From NCBI RefSeq assembly GCF_009914755.1, contig NC_060925.1: a stretch of 64,000 nucleotides of DNA, one strand, 5' to 3'. Within the stretch, counting starts at the first letter, position 1, and every line of letters starts with the position of its first letter. The stretch is from the human T2T-CHM13v2.0 reference genome, Homo sapiens. Of the stretch, positions 1-13,500 are shown piece by piece. Made by a program: the position numbers and the translations under genes. The notes below the pieces were generated by a model, which saw nothing but the letters and a program-made list of their open reading frames with translations, made no database searches and had not been told where the DNA came from.

Positions 1-787
1 ATTTAAAAACATGGGTTTTATTAATGAAATATAAATGAAATATAGTTTAAAAAGATAAACGCCATTTGAATGTGTCTTTACTCCTATTATGCTGATTATC
101 AAAACAGATACCTTTTTATTTAAGCAGCTAAAGTTCAACTTTTGCCACTTCCTTTTCTCTCTTTGCCTGCCAACAGTTTCTGGGATTTAAAGAGATATAC
201 AACTTTGATGGACCAACATTCCTGTTTTAACCTAACTTTAAATACCAAAATGCTTCAGAATCAGTAATAGGTGAGGGACTGCCATTATTTCTTATTAATG
301 CATTTCCATGTTAACAAAACATTTCAAAAATAGAGAAACTTCTTATGTTCTCTCATATTATAGATTTTCTCAGATCCCTTAGTGCTCATGTCTTACAAAT
401 GTTAAGATATTGTAAAAGACTGCTCTCTCTACTATTCATTTAGAGAAACCAACAATGTTATTATAAAACAGCTGGTTTAACTACAGGAGAGAAGTACAAA
501 TTGGCCTCAGGTATGAAACTACTGCGACAGGGAGCAGCAAAACAAGGCAAGATGCTGAGGAAAAACACTATGGCAGCTGCACTGGTGGGAAGGTGCCTTA
601 GGATATAATGATAGGAAATGTTTTTTAAAAAAATTTTTAAAAGATCCTGGCAGTAGAAAAACCAACTCAGCTTTTAGCATTAAGGAGCTATCATCAGAAT
701 GAGAGCATAGTAGCCTAGTAATTCATTAGGTTATAAAACTTCTGTAACCTAGTTGGGAAACACAAGTAAATAATAGTCCTATTTAAC

Positions 788-1085
788 TTTTTTTTTTTTT
801 TTTTCGAGATGGAGTCTTGCTCTATTGCCCAGGCCAGAGTGTAATGGTGCCTTGGCTCATTGCAACCTCTGCCTCCTGTATTCAAGCGATTCTCCTGTCT
901 TAGCCTTCCGAGTAGTTGTGATTACAAGTGTGAGACACCACAACTGGCTAATTTTTTGTATTTTTAGTAGAGACAAGGTTTCACCATGTTGGTCAGGCTG
1001 TTCTTGAACTCCTGACCTCAAGTGACCTGCAAGCCTTGGCCTCCCAAAGTGCTTGGATTACGGGCATGAGCCACCATACCCAGCC
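788..1085 (-). mobile_element. AluS (Sx/Sz-like), full length
   Basis: Poly-T at 788-804 followed by reverse-complement Alu body ending ...ccaccatacccagcc. TSD TATTTAACTTTTT at 780-792 and 1087-1099. Confidence 0.95.
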
Positions 1086-1318
1086 TTATTTAACTTTTTA
1101 AATTAAGATTTTCTTAAGCTCAAATTTAATCCACACATATCTTGGTCATTAAGACTCATCACATTGGGTAAGAGTAAGTTGTCTTGGTATAGTGTTGGAA
1201 AGTATTAAGTATCTTTATTATTTTTTTCATCCTCTAGACCATTATATGGAGGAGATGGAGTGGGAAAAATAATATAAAGTAATGTAAATGTGACATTGTA
1301 AGTGTAAATATGTAAATG

Positions 1319-2067
1319 CAGTAGTCCTCCATTATGTGTGAGAGACATGTTCCAAGACCCCAGTGGATGCCTGAAGGGGTGAATAGTACCAAAACCACTT
1401 GCTGTCTATTGAAACACATTTCTATTCCTGTCTTCTACCCACAAATTGAATGCATTTTCCAACCTAAGTAAGCACTTTTCATGGACTTTGGCCACAAGTT
1501 TTGCAGTTTGAAGTGCAACAGCAAAAGTAGCACAAATTTATTTTACACTTTCCACAATTTCATAGATAGAAGACTGATTCTTACTAGAGATCTTAGCAAA
1601 CTCAGCCTATGTTTTTTTTTTTTTCTTCGTTTTTTCTCCTCTTCTTACTTCAAGAACTTTCACCTTTTCATTTACAGGAAGTAAGTTATGGCTTCTCTTT
1701 GGTGGATCTCTAGACCCAGCATCACTACTCTTGCCCTTTGAGGTCCATTATTAAATAAAGTAAGAGTGACGTAAACACAAGCGCTGTGATACTGAAGCAG
1801 TGGGCTTGATAACTAAAAAGACTACAGACTGATTAAAGAGTGGGAATGTAGACAGTGCGGAGATGCTGGACAAAGGAATTATTCATGTCTGGCAACAGAG
1901 TGAGATAGTGGAAGAGTTAAGAACACTATTCAGAATGGCCTGCAATTAAAAACTTAGAAATTGTTTATTTCTGGAATTGTCCATTTAATATTTTGGACCA
2001 TTTTTTAATATTATAGAAAGCAACTGAAACTGTGGAAAGCAAAGCCAATGATAAGTGGGGACTGCTG
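1319..2067. mobile_element. MER44-family (Tigger7-related, TcMar-Tigger) non-autonomous DNA transposon
   Basis: Termini CAGTAGTCCTCCATTAT... and ...ATAAGTGGGGACTGCTG|TA are inverted repeats. Internal gttccaagacccc-agtggatgcctgaa and aactgaaactgtggaaagc match the recalled MER44 consensus. Confidence 0.85.
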
Positions 2068-2664
2068 TATGACGTTGCCTTCTCCATATTAAAAACCTTC
2101 AGGACCCTTTCTCTGAATCTAGAATGAAATGTATGGTCTTGACATGGTTTCCATGGCTTTCACACTCTGGGTCATGCATCACTCACTGTATTAGCATCAC
2201 TGCTCTTCTGAAGGTCATGGTATGGTCCATTCTTATGTTTACAGTTTCCAAAACTTACTGCTCTATCTCATGCCTGCCTTTGCATTATTGACTATATTTT
2301 CTTCTATTTAGAAAGCCCATACTGCTTCTTAATTGCCTGTTGAACTTCTGCCCATATTTAAAGCCTATTGCATGAATATTCTTTTCTGTGAATGCTTTTC
2401 TGATCCACTCAGACATGATTGATCATTCTTTCCTGTGGAATCCCAAAAGTCAGTGATAAAGATCCTCTATTATAGCTGATGACACAGTCATATGCTTAGA
2501 TTTTCATTGTTTCTAGTAGATTTTAAGTCCAAATGCTAGACTTAATTTCTGTTGTTCTTTCTTCTTATGCATATCTTATTCTTTACCTCCTTGATTATTT
2601 TTCTCTTTTTTTTTAATTGTTATTTTTCTGACTCCATGTCCGAAGAATTAAAAGTGCATGTCCA

Positions 2665-2790
2665 GGCCAGGCACAGTGGCTTACACCTGTAACCTTAGTA
2701 CTTTAGGAGGCAGAGGTGGGAGGATTGGTCTCGGAATTTGAGACCAGCCTGGCAACATAGTGCGAACCTGTCTCTACAAAAAAAATATCT
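2665..2790 (+). mobile_element. Free left Alu monomer (FLAM_C-like)
   Basis: Left monomer only, with A tail. Perfect 15-bp TSD AAAAGTGCATGTCCA at 2650-2664 and 2792-2806. Confidence 0.9.
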
Positions 2791-5700
2791 AAAAAGTGCA
2801 TGTCCAGATGTAAGTGACAACCTTAGAATTTGTTACTGGGAGCCATTATTTCCATTGCTTATCTCTATTGATAAGTAATTCCTCTACTAACTAATCATAT
2901 TTTTCACTGGTATATTTGGCACTAAATACACACATATATATATAAGTATAGATCTTTCCATGAAATAGGTAAATACGGAACAGTACTGACTTTTACACAG
3001 TCCTTTTTTCTTCCAGCCTCATAAAGAATAAAGAAAAAGTGCATTTGTTATGAATAGCACTTATTTTGGTAACCATAAATTGGTATGTCAGTTTTAGCCT
3101 TTTTATAGCAATATGACAAATAACATCACAGGGTGGCCTTAGGAAAAATTATGCTATAAAATTCCCATACAACCGAAATAAAAGAACTACCCCCCAAAAA
3201 GATAGGTATAAATTGATTTCAACCTCATTTATTTTATATCTAATGGCATATTATGTTTAATGAATAATAGCTTATAAGAAGGAAATACACCAAGAATGAA
3301 AATGAGATTAAAAAGTCATGCACATCAGAATCTTAGAATATCAAAGTATAATATATTTTAAGTTAAAAATGTAATGTAGCCAATGTTTTTCACTAGATAT
3401 TTTAAGAACGTCATATGTTAATAAGTGACATACTAAAGATAAGGTACAAACAAGATAAACTTATTTTTTAAAACTGCTCATGAAATGATCCCATATAAAC
3501 ATTTTCTTCTGGGTTTCTGAACAGATTTGTAGCTTTGACACCTGGATTTTACCTACACAGTGACAACTTCTGTTACATGTTCAGTTAATGAATTAATGAA
3601 TGACATTCATGTGGGTCAGATGGAACAGTATGGAATAAACAAAAATACAGTTGTGTGGATTTGTGACACAACTTTACATTGTGTCATTTGTTATTGATTG
3701 ACCACACACGAAGATCATGACAGATAATAAAATGTATACCAATTCAAGTGAAGTTTTCTAGAGTCGTACAACTGGGCTGTATTCAATTACCACAATCAAC
3801 ATTTAGATGAAGACACTGGTGATGCACTGACTGACCAACTTGGTACAAAGGCTAGGATAAATAACTGAATAAGCTGAATGGCAGAGGCATAATTTTGAAA
3901 GATTTTGATACGCATGAAAATGTAGAGAAATACAGCAACATTGAATTTGAAAAAAAAAATGTCAACTTCTGCATGTGTTCTGGGTGGGAATATAATCATA
4001 CGGCCTTCTTTGTAAAAATGAAGTTTTGAATGAAAAGACTAAGAAGGGTCATTTCCAGTTCAGATTCCTCAACATCTCTGATCCCAAGTGCACCTTCTTT
4101 CAGCCCTCTTGCCTCCTTTCCCATTACCCTTAAAGGTGGGGAGTGTAGCACTCCTGAGGCTCTCACTGGAATGGGAATGAATCTCTTTTCCCTGAATCCC
4201 CTGAAGGCAGATGCCATCCTTGAGAATTTACAAGTCAACATACTTAACTTTAAGCAGAAAACATTAATGTGCTTATAAGGACACACAAAATTTGTATTTC
4301 AATCCCCACCATAGCCAACTTCACAGTGAAAGTGCTTTCCTCCTCACTCTTGTACACCCTATTTCTGACCAGAAGAAGGAGCATTTTGCTTTTTGCCAAA
4401 TGAGAAGTGCATTCTGGAAACACTTGATGCCTGCACCACACCTCGAGTTGTCTCTCTGGGTTCTCTCAACTATTTATTTTTCTGTGGTGCAACAAGTGCC
4501 AGAGAAGAAAAATTCTGCCCGAATTACAGGATATATGTATGTAAGTAAGGAAGTGAGTTTTCATTAATATCATTGATACGATTTTGTCTTCTCCAAGTAG
4601 AGGAAAGGAATATGAGTATTGAAGGCATGCAGTGTGGTGTAACTACCAGAGATGAGGCCAGACACTAGGTGTGGGAGGAGGCTATGAATTCTTAATAATG
4701 CTAATCTTCAGTGATATGGTGAATTAACAAATATAAGTTTGTGAAATAATAAACTTGGCTAACTTTCTCATGAAATCTGTTAGTAAGATTGCTTCATGGT
4801 AATTTTGGTACTTTAGTAGTCTTGTCTGTTGTATTATTTAACCTGGCTATATTACTAAATTAATTTAACGTATAGGTCACGCAACAAACCACAAATTGTT
4901 GCTGCTAAAATTGAATAAAAGCAATCTTGAAACTTTTTACCAAGATGATCACTTAAAGAGAGTGTATCTCACTTCACCCAAAGGCATTAAACATAGTGTA
5001 TAATTTGCTTGACCTGAAAATCTGGGAATTACTATCTGTTGCCTTGAAAAATCAAACATTTCAATAAAATAAAATTGGTATGCAAAGAGCTTAATAAGCT
5101 TAAGATAGAAGACTCTATGTTAAAAAAATAATAATAAAAATCTTTTGGAGAAGAACATAAATTGATTTAATCATGAATGCAATTGAACTTTCTAATGGAT
5201 ATATTTAGAAGATTATTAGTTTGGAATTGATTTTTCAGTTGGAAATCATCAGTAAAAAAATCTCTTTAAGGTTAAAAAGAAGGCATTTTAATCTGCATTC
5301 AAAATTAACAAAGTGAAATATATGCAGGGCAATATGGCACTAACTAAATTTTTTAAAAAACACAACATGTATTTTTTTCACTGAAACTATCACTTCTTTC
5401 ATATAAGGAAAGGAAACTCAATTTGTGTTCTGTGGAGAAATCAGCCATTTGAAAAAGTGTGTGCTTAGCCTCAGTCATTAGAACAGAACTTCTTATGTGA
5501 TAAGTAGAGAAATAATTATTTTCTTTTTAGATTGAGAGGTTTTTTGACTCTTTATGGCTGTCCTTTGTCATCTGGCCTGGGCCAGAAAAAGATGAAGTCA
5601 CAGTGAATATTATTATTTTGGAATAAAGGCTGAGGAAGAATTTCATAATTCTTTACATTTTGTTCATGCATTTGACTGCCTCCTTCCAGCTAGAATGTAA

Positions 5701-6049
5701 AATTTTGGAGGATATATATTTAAATTTTATATATCCAGACCCAAGAAAAGTATCTGCATAGATATTCATTAAATATTCATTGAGTAAATAAAAGAAGGAG
5801 CATAGGAAGAATAGATTGCAAAAATATAGGGACAAAATAAAAAATATGCACAAAATTTTGGAAGGTTTTCACAAAAGTAAACGTTGTTAGAACAACGACC
5901 TTTCTAACAAGGATTTTGAAAGTCATCATTGTTGAAGATCTGGAAGATGATGCCCTTATTTAGCTTTAAAGATAGCAGGCTAAGTACTAGAAAGTATACA
6001 GCAATTAAAAATTTCATTTTTTCTCAGAACTCAGAATTCTTCATTCTTC

Positions 6050-7160
6050 CACACACTTTACCTTTATCCAATCCACAGTTTTCTAAGCTCATGTCCTACA
6101 ATAATCTTTTCCCATGGATTTTAATATCTTGGCTTAATTAAATAACTTAAAGTTAAAAACATAGCACTTAAACTATGACTTACACTTAAAGACTGCCGTT
6201 TCTAAATCTCCAGCTTCAACTTCTCAAGGACTGCAGACCAGCATCACCAACTCTTTAGTAAAAGTAATTGCTTTGATGACTCCCCCCAAAAATGAAATAC
6301 ATGAAACTCTTCTTTTTTTCTTTCTCACACAAGCCTATGGTTCCTTTTCTTTCTCATAAAAAGATGACATCACCAATAGGTCATTTGCCCAATCTAGGAT
6401 CTAGTAGCCAGTTAGTAACTGTGCCAAATCTATTACTAGATCTAGGTACCAAAGCTAGCACCTTCTCTCTGCCTGACTACTGCCATGACCTTCGCTTAAG
6501 ATCTCTTAGTTTCCTAACCAAAGGATTACAATAAATTGCTAATGGAGCTCCCATTTTCCAGTTCTTTCTGACCAGGTTACTGTCCCCATTGATTCTATAG
6601 TGATCTGTCTAAAATACAAATGTGACTAGCTCTATTGAAAAAAAGAAACTTTTAGTGATTATTTTTATGCCTATGTGGAAATGTCTAATATTTCAACAAG
6701 CCATACACTGCACTTCATAATATTAGGCATCACAAATCCTTTTTGCTTCTGTCGTGCTACTCTCCATTGTGAACAGTGTTTTGCTTTCAACATAATAAAC
6801 TACACAGAAATCTCTAAATATGTCAATTGTTTTACTACACTAAGCCAATCTATGTTTTTCTTGTTTCCCATGACCATTTTCCCAATATTCATCTCTTACT
6901 CTATTATTTGTCTTCAAATTCTACATGAAATGTCACTTTTCAGTAAAAAAAAAATTACTCGTCTTTCAAAGCACATTGTGCATAATTCTGTTGTAGCCTT
7001 TATTATACTCTTATCGATTATTGGTTGATAGACTTTTCTGTCATTTAAAAGGGTATATTCTTTTTAGGCTGGAAGCTTTTCGGATTCCAGTTTTGATGTG
7101 TTTCTGGTGTCCTCTGATTCTGTGTACTCAATTAATTTTTATAAATGCATGAATAAATTA
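6050..7160 (+). mobile_element. Degraded L2 LINE 3' portion
   Basis: L2-like words (tctccagcttcaacttctc...cagaccagcatcaccaac) ending in an aatgcatgaataaat-type terminus. Boundaries approximate. Confidence 0.55.
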
Positions 7161-7167
7161 CGATGAG

Positions 7168-7526
7168 TGTTATGAACTAAAATGCATGCCCCTAAAATTC
7201 ATATGTTGAAGCCTTAACCCCCCATGTGACTGTATTTGGAAACAGGACCTTTAGAAAATAATTAAGCCATTAATAAGACTATAAGAGTGGAACATTCATC
7301 TGATAAGGCTGGTGCTTGTGTAAGAAAAGAAAAGAAAACAAAACAAAACACCAGATTTCTCTTAGCCATGTGAGGACACAGTGAAAGGGAGCTGTCTTAC
7401 CAGGAATCATAGATGTACCCTTGATCTTGGACTTCCCCACCTCTAGAACTGTGAGAAATACATTTTTGCTGTTTAAGCCACCTAGTCTGTGGGATTTTAT
7501 TATGGCAGACAGAGCAAAATAAGACA
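7168..7526 (+). mobile_element. MaLR solo LTR (MLT1A/B-like)
   Basis: TG...CA ends, aaattcatatgttgaagcc and tttaagccacctagtctgtgg motifs, 5-bp TSD ATGAG/ATGAA. Confidence 0.88.
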
Positions 7527-7839
7527 ATGAATTTGGAAAAGAAAAATAGCTCCCAGTATAGCACAGCAACAATATTAGCATTCATGCTATTTTAGGCAAC
7601 CTGGTCATAGGTATATGTGTGCCCTAGAAAAATGGAGCTGTGTATGAATTGAAACAGCTATATGTGTAAACACTTTTTAGGGGCTTAAATAACCAGGTTC
7701 AATGCAGCTCTAATGTGACTGACTCTTTGACTAACACTGGAACATCAGATATTTGAGTACACTAGTGAGGTTAAGTGATGATACTGAAGAAGACATTGTT
7801 TGCAACTTGAATAAAGTGTCAAAGATCAGGGTTTTTCTT

Positions 7840-8160
7840 TTTTCTTTCTTTCTTTGGTTTTTTTTTTTTTTTCTTTTTTTGAGATGGAGTCTCGCTCTGT
7901 TGCCCAGGCTGGAGGTCAGTGGTGTGATCTCAGCTCACTGCAATCTTGGCCCCCCAGGTTCAAGCAATTCTCCTGCCACAGCCTCCCAAGTAGCTGGGAT
8001 TATAGGTGCCCACTACCATGCCAGGCTAATATTTGTATTTTTAGTAGAGATGGGGTTTCACCATGTTGGCCAGCCTGCTCTCGAACTCTTGACCTTAGGT
8101 CATCCGCCCACGTCAGCCTCCCAAAGTGCGGGGATTACAGGCATGAGCCACCGTGCCAGC
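7840..8160 (-). mobile_element. AluSx-like
   Basis: T-rich tail followed by reverse-complement Alu dimer, flanked by GGGTTTTT(T)CT repeats. Confidence 0.95.
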
Positions 8161-8499
8161 CTGGGTTTTTCTATAGAAGGTCTGGGGCCAATACTTGGAC
8201 ACATAATTGCTCTTTATAATTTTCTGAATTATTTTGTGAAAAAGAATCTAATAACTCAAGATTCCTGAAATCCAACATTTGGAAATATTAATATTAACAA
8301 AGTTAAATGTGTATCCAGATGTTAATGAAGTAAACCTTCATAGTATATATGCATTGATTAAATTGGCATAGTGCCTCAGATAGAGTCTTGTTTTAAGTAA
8401 CCATCATTATCTAACAAGTATTTGCAATGTCTTTGTGTCAAAACTCATAGAAGTGATTTTAGTGACACATAATAACATATAATATGTTTATTTCTTAAT

Positions 8500-9050
8500 T
8501 TTTTAATAATTTTCTTATTCTATGACTATTAAAGTGTTCTCAATTTTAATTGTACAAGAAATTGCAGAATCAAAATATTCATTCTTACTATTTTGGTAGA
8601 ACAAATTTCCAGGAATGCAAATACCAGATTTCAGGATCTGAACATATTTTAATCTTTTGTTACATACTGCCATACTTCCTTTGGTAATAATGTACAAATC
8701 TACCTATGAAAAAAACAGCATGTAAGTGTACCCCTGTTCCCAATATTTATTTATAGAACCTTTTTAGATGGACATTTTGATTGACTAAAAAGTCATATTT
8801 GGATATTTCAACATGCAGTATTTTATATTATTAATATGTTTACATGTTTTCTTATGTGCATGGCTGTTTATATTTCTTGTTTTATAAAATGTCTACTCAT
8901 TTTTTTTATTCTGCTTTTTAAATTGGTCTTTATATATCAAGGTTATTACTGGGTGTCATTTATGCTGCAATTATTTTTCCCCAGTTTGTAGTTTGCTTTT
9001 TACATTTTGTTACAGTGTTTTCTGCCCTTACTTTTTGAGGTTTTACTTGT
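8500..9050 (-). mobile_element. Old L1M fragment
   Basis: T-rich degraded reverse-strand L1 3' sequence. Boundaries approximate. Confidence 0.45.
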
Positions 9051-9099
9051 TAATTATTTTGGAACAAGTAAAGCACAGAAAAGAAAATCTTTAGTTCTG

Positions 9100-9690
9100 C
9101 CTAAAAGGACAAGGAAAGAGAGGAAAGTTAAATAAAAACCTCTTTCTGGAGATGGTAGGTGACCAAATTATTGAAATACAAATAGATAATAATATACAGG
9201 GTGTGGACCAGGGTAGTTAGTCCAGAAAAAAGAGGCCTACATCATGTTATGTTTTGAAAGGGCAGCAATTAATAGAAATTGAATTGGAAGACTAGTCACA
9301 GGGCATGGCATAAAGAGTCTTATACTAAACAACTGAAGTTTATGCTGAAACATTAGAAACCATTAGATGGTATTGAAATAATTCAATTTATATTTTAGAA
9401 AGATTACTAACAGAAATGTGGATGGATGAAGTGGAAGTGGATAACCTCAAAGTCCAGAAACTCACTCAATCTGTTGTAAAAATCCAGGGTAGTAGTGATG
9501 AGGCTCTGAGCCACTAGAGTAGTAAAGGGAATTAGAGCAAGAGTAGATCCACAAATATTTTAGAGGTAAGATAAATAGGTCTTGGTAATGAAAAGAACAT
9601 GGAGAAAGAGAGTTTAAAGGAACCTAGGATGATTTCAGTTTTTCTCACCTGAATAGGTACGTAGCATTGCCACTCTCTAATAGTCTTCAG
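9100..9690 (-). mobile_element. L2 fragment (likely continuing at ~11200-11540)
   Basis: tttatattttagaaagattact, ggtagtagtgatgaggctctgagc and aggatgatttcagtttttct resemble reverse-strand L2. Confidence 0.55.
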
Positions 9691-9906
9691 AACAACTATG
9701 GAGGTGGTATAGGTAATTTACAAAAACAAGCTGTTTTGACTTAGGTCTTCAACAGTATAGTTTGGGTTGCCATAGTTCTTTACTTTCCTTAATCTGTTCT
9801 GGTTTTCAACATAATAGTAAAGTTTTCAGTGTGAGATAAGTGTGTATTTTTGATATCACTGTTAGTGATGAACTTAAGAAATTATTTGTCATGTACTGGA
9901 GGCATC

Positions 9907-10650
9907 TGGATACAGACAGGAGGCAAGGATATACTGGGGTAAAAAAGCGCAGTACCCCAGCAAAGGCCACACCCTCAAGCCCGGAAACCCACAGCTCTAA
10001 ATGGGGACAGGAATACCTATTTTTGCACCCAATTGTTGGCTTTTGGCCCGTCACACCCCCTTATCCTGTACACATATAGACCCCAAACTCCAGGCTCCAC
10101 AAGCAGGTAAGCAGATGAGACAAAAAGAAGAGCAGCAGAGTGGCAGAGCAGCAGAAAAAGAGAGAAAAGAAGGAGCACCTGAACTTCGAGAGGAGTTTGG
10201 CTGGGGACAGTCGGAGAGGAGATTGGCTGCGGGAGGGCCAAACTCCAGGGGAACATCATCTTCCCACTCCATCTCCTTTCCACCTCTCCATCCATCTCAC
10301 TGAAAGCCACCTCCAACACTCAATGAAACCCCCACATTCACCATCCTTCAAGTCCATGAGTGACCTGATTATTCCTGGGCACCAGACAAGAACCTGGGCA
10401 CCAAGAGGGCACTAAACTGGCTAACACTTAAGCCGTCTATGGAAGGCAGAGCTAAAAGAGCACTGTAAGATGCCCACTGGGGCTTCGAAAGTCGCAGGTA
10501 CCCACCCCTAGGAACTACCATGGTGCCTGAGCCCAAAAGCACTCTCCCCAGCTCCTGCACCTGCCCATCTGTGGGCTCCCTCTCTCCAGCAGATGAGCCA
10601 CACCCCTGTTGCATATCCTGTGATGGGGGTCAGGGAACTCTCCTGTTTCA
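9907..10650 (+). mobile_element. ERV1 solo LTR, LTR1 family (HUERS-P2-type)
   Basis: Start gatacagacaggaggcaaggatatactggggta...ccccagcaaaggccacaccctcaagcc and end cagggaactctcctgtttca match recalled LTR1 termini. A GC-richer block of about 745 bp. Confidence 0.85.
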
Positions 10651-13165
10651 ATTCTACCTATTTATTTCTGTTGCCTCACTTGCTGCTACCAACATAAGGG
10701 TATTTCTTTTTCTCAGTTTCTACCAATATAACGTTATGGTAGTACAAAGAAAAATAAAATGAGAAAAATTTCTAAGGCCTTATAATGGGCATTTGTAATC
10801 TACATGATGCTTTACTATCCCATGTTTTGGGCATTGTTTATTTGCTTCTGCCAGTCCAACAAGGGAATGCCAAGCCCAGTGAATTAGCTTTACCTAGGAT
10901 TGTTTTGGGAAAATTCTTGCAGGAACCTGGTAAGCTTCACGATTTTGCCTGGACACATCTGGACACTCTTCTTGCTGGACATGTGATTGCTTCTCCTATC
11001 CCCAAAATTCTGTGCATCTTCTTTTCCTTTCCCACCTCTCTTTGCTTCTTCTGCAGTAGCTGAAGAACTATAGGGCTACAATTGAAGATTTAGCTTTTGC
11101 TCCTCTTACAGAGATATTGTTTAAGGAAACGGACAGCAAAAGATCAGAACAGATTTTCAGATTATTTTGGCATGTCAAAATAGAAATTTTTAGAAGCACT
11201 GGGTATCATTAGTCTGGATTTTGAAACAAATGTTGTCTGGAATTATAGAGTTCAGAGTCACCTGCAAAGAGTTGATAGTCGAAACCATGCAAATGGATAA
11301 AATTCCTCAAGGTAAGTATGCAAAAGTAGAAGAGTGAAAAGACAATAGAACAAGGGACTCTGTAAAGAATGAGTGGATCAAGAGGTTTTTGTGAGAAATA
11401 AAAATAAGGAGTGGTGTGTGGTTTAAAAATTGACAGAAGAACTAAAAAAGGATAATGTGGCAGAAACCAATGAAAGAAACAAACACGCACAAAAACAAAA
11501 TACAAAATTTTAAGAAGGAACGAAGTCAACAGTGTCCAAAAAAATTAAAAATGTCACCTTAATATTAAACTGCTTATCTATGCAAATATTCTGGGCTAAT
11601 TTATCAATCATTTATTTCCAAAATTTCTTTTCATTTGGAGCTTTTAGTCCAGTTTAGTTCAATAAAGCACAAAGGACAAAATGGAAAATGATTACAAAGA
11701 AAAAGCACTGCAATGTTTCTTTATTGTTTCCATACTTAATATTGATCTATGGTGTGCCAATGACAAACTTCTCTGGCCCATAGAGCTCACTATTTGTTAA
11801 GCATTAGTATTGATGCAACAAACCTTCTCTACTGTTATAATAATTTCTTTTATGTATCATAAGAAGCATAGAAAGTTAATACTTACACATGAATAGAGTA
11901 GATTAATGACATCCCCGTTTTTTCAGTATGTCATATGTTTATAAATATAGAACCTTCATATGTTAGTCAATCATTTGTCTTTATTTTCTGCATTCGCCCT
12001 ACAGTTAAGTACAAAAAAATTTAATACAATTTTAATGCTGCAAAACCTATGTAAACATTTTCCTGCTGCTATCAAGGTAGATATTCCAGTAAATCAAATT
12101 TCTCTGCATTAGGTAAGAGTTTAAATGCTGATTTTATGAAGGGCCATTATGGATACATATCAGATATGCATGATTGTTGTGTAAAATTGATGCGTTAAAA
12201 AGAACCTCTGCATTTAAACAAAAAGAGAGATATATCTTCATAAAAATTCTTGTGAAACAGGTCTATTGTATTACAGAAGTACAAATAATAACAGACTTTA
12301 TGACTTGTCATAAAATATTTATTGTACACATTTCTTCTACATCATAATAAAATGTTTATTCCAAATTCAATATGTAAAATTCATACAAGTATGATTTAGG
12401 CTACTTACATAATTCCTAAATTTAACCTTTAAACATTTCATGGAAATCTTATAAGTATCTGTATAAACTCTCACATTTTGGGGTACCTAAAAAGTGATAG
12501 CATTAACAATGTTGTGTGATAATATGTATATGCTGGATTAGCTTAGTGAAGGCAGTTGATATGATTCTGCACAAGAAAAATAAAGAAAAATTCTGTAGGT
12601 TCAAAATGTCATTGGAGAGTTGATCACTCAAACAATATTATTTTTTAAATCTTTGATGAAACAATGCTGTGTTCATCAAAGTGGGTAAATCTTTTATCAA
12701 TTATAGTGAGACTCTAATATAAAATTCCAGTATAAATAGATGTGAATTGAAAAGAAATCACTGAAAGTCATCCATGCTGCCCTTTGTCCCTTCCTGTTTA
12801 TTTAAGAACAGCTGCAAGGAGCAGGCCTATGGCTATGCTGAGGAGTTTTGTTGTCTCTATAACTGTATGTAATTGTTATGTCAACTTATGCCATGCAATC
12901 ATAATAATAAAATAAATTTTCATAGCAGCTTCATTTTGGAATTAATTGTAATAGAGTAACTATTTTGATTTGTGGTCACCAGAGAGTAAGTTTACCAAAT
13001 TGTTTTCAGTATGGTGGAATTAATAGCCATGTCTAAAATCATCATATCAATTTTTAGTTGAAATCAATTAAATGTCAGGTGAAGAAAGAGTTTGTGCAAA
13101 TAGTTCAAATTTTGAGTGAGAATAGTAAGGTAGAATCGATTCAACCACCATTTCTGTTGGAAATT

Positions 13166-13274
13166 ACAACATCACTAGGTGACAGGAATTTTTCAGCTCC
13201 ATTGTAATCTTATGGGAACACCTCATAAATATCGTGTGTGGTTGACCGACATGTCACTATGCAGCACATTACTG
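13166..13274. mobile_element. Tigger3/MER7 terminal fragment
   Basis: cactaggtgacaggaatttttcagctccattgtaatcttatggga...tatgcagcacattactg|ta matches the Tigger3 terminus with its TA target. Confidence 0.8.
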
Positions 13275-13279
13275 TATTT

Positions 13280-13500
13280 TTATTGAGGACTTATAGTGTG
13301 CTAGGCAGTATCTATGTGCTTTTGTACATTATTTTTCTCCATATAATACACAGAGGAAGATAATGAGGTAGATGTTAATATCTCCACAGCTGAACGTTTC
13401 AAATTCAAGGAAGTTACGTAACCTATTCAAGATCATGCAGCTAGTATGGGAGGATCTGAGTTCAAACAAGGTCTGTCTGACTGTAGACCCAAACCAATGC
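13280..13500 (-). mobile_element. MIR SINE
   Basis: tttattgaggacttatagtgtgctaggc...aagatcatgcagctagt...gagttcaaacaaggtctgtctgact. Confidence 0.75.

Noticed and set aside
3996-4567. Overlapping 63-96 aa ORFs in unique DNA
   Set aside because: No recognisable domain or coherent exon structure, and the lengths are compatible with chance.
7753-8268. 171-aa and 121-aa ORFs (also the ORFs at 825, 19074, 54181-54687 and 63614)
   Set aside because: Standard Alu-derived translations, not genes.
9806-10762. Cluster of overlapping 70-100 aa ORFs
   Set aside because: They lie in the GC-richer LTR1 solo LTR and show no gag/pol/env motifs.
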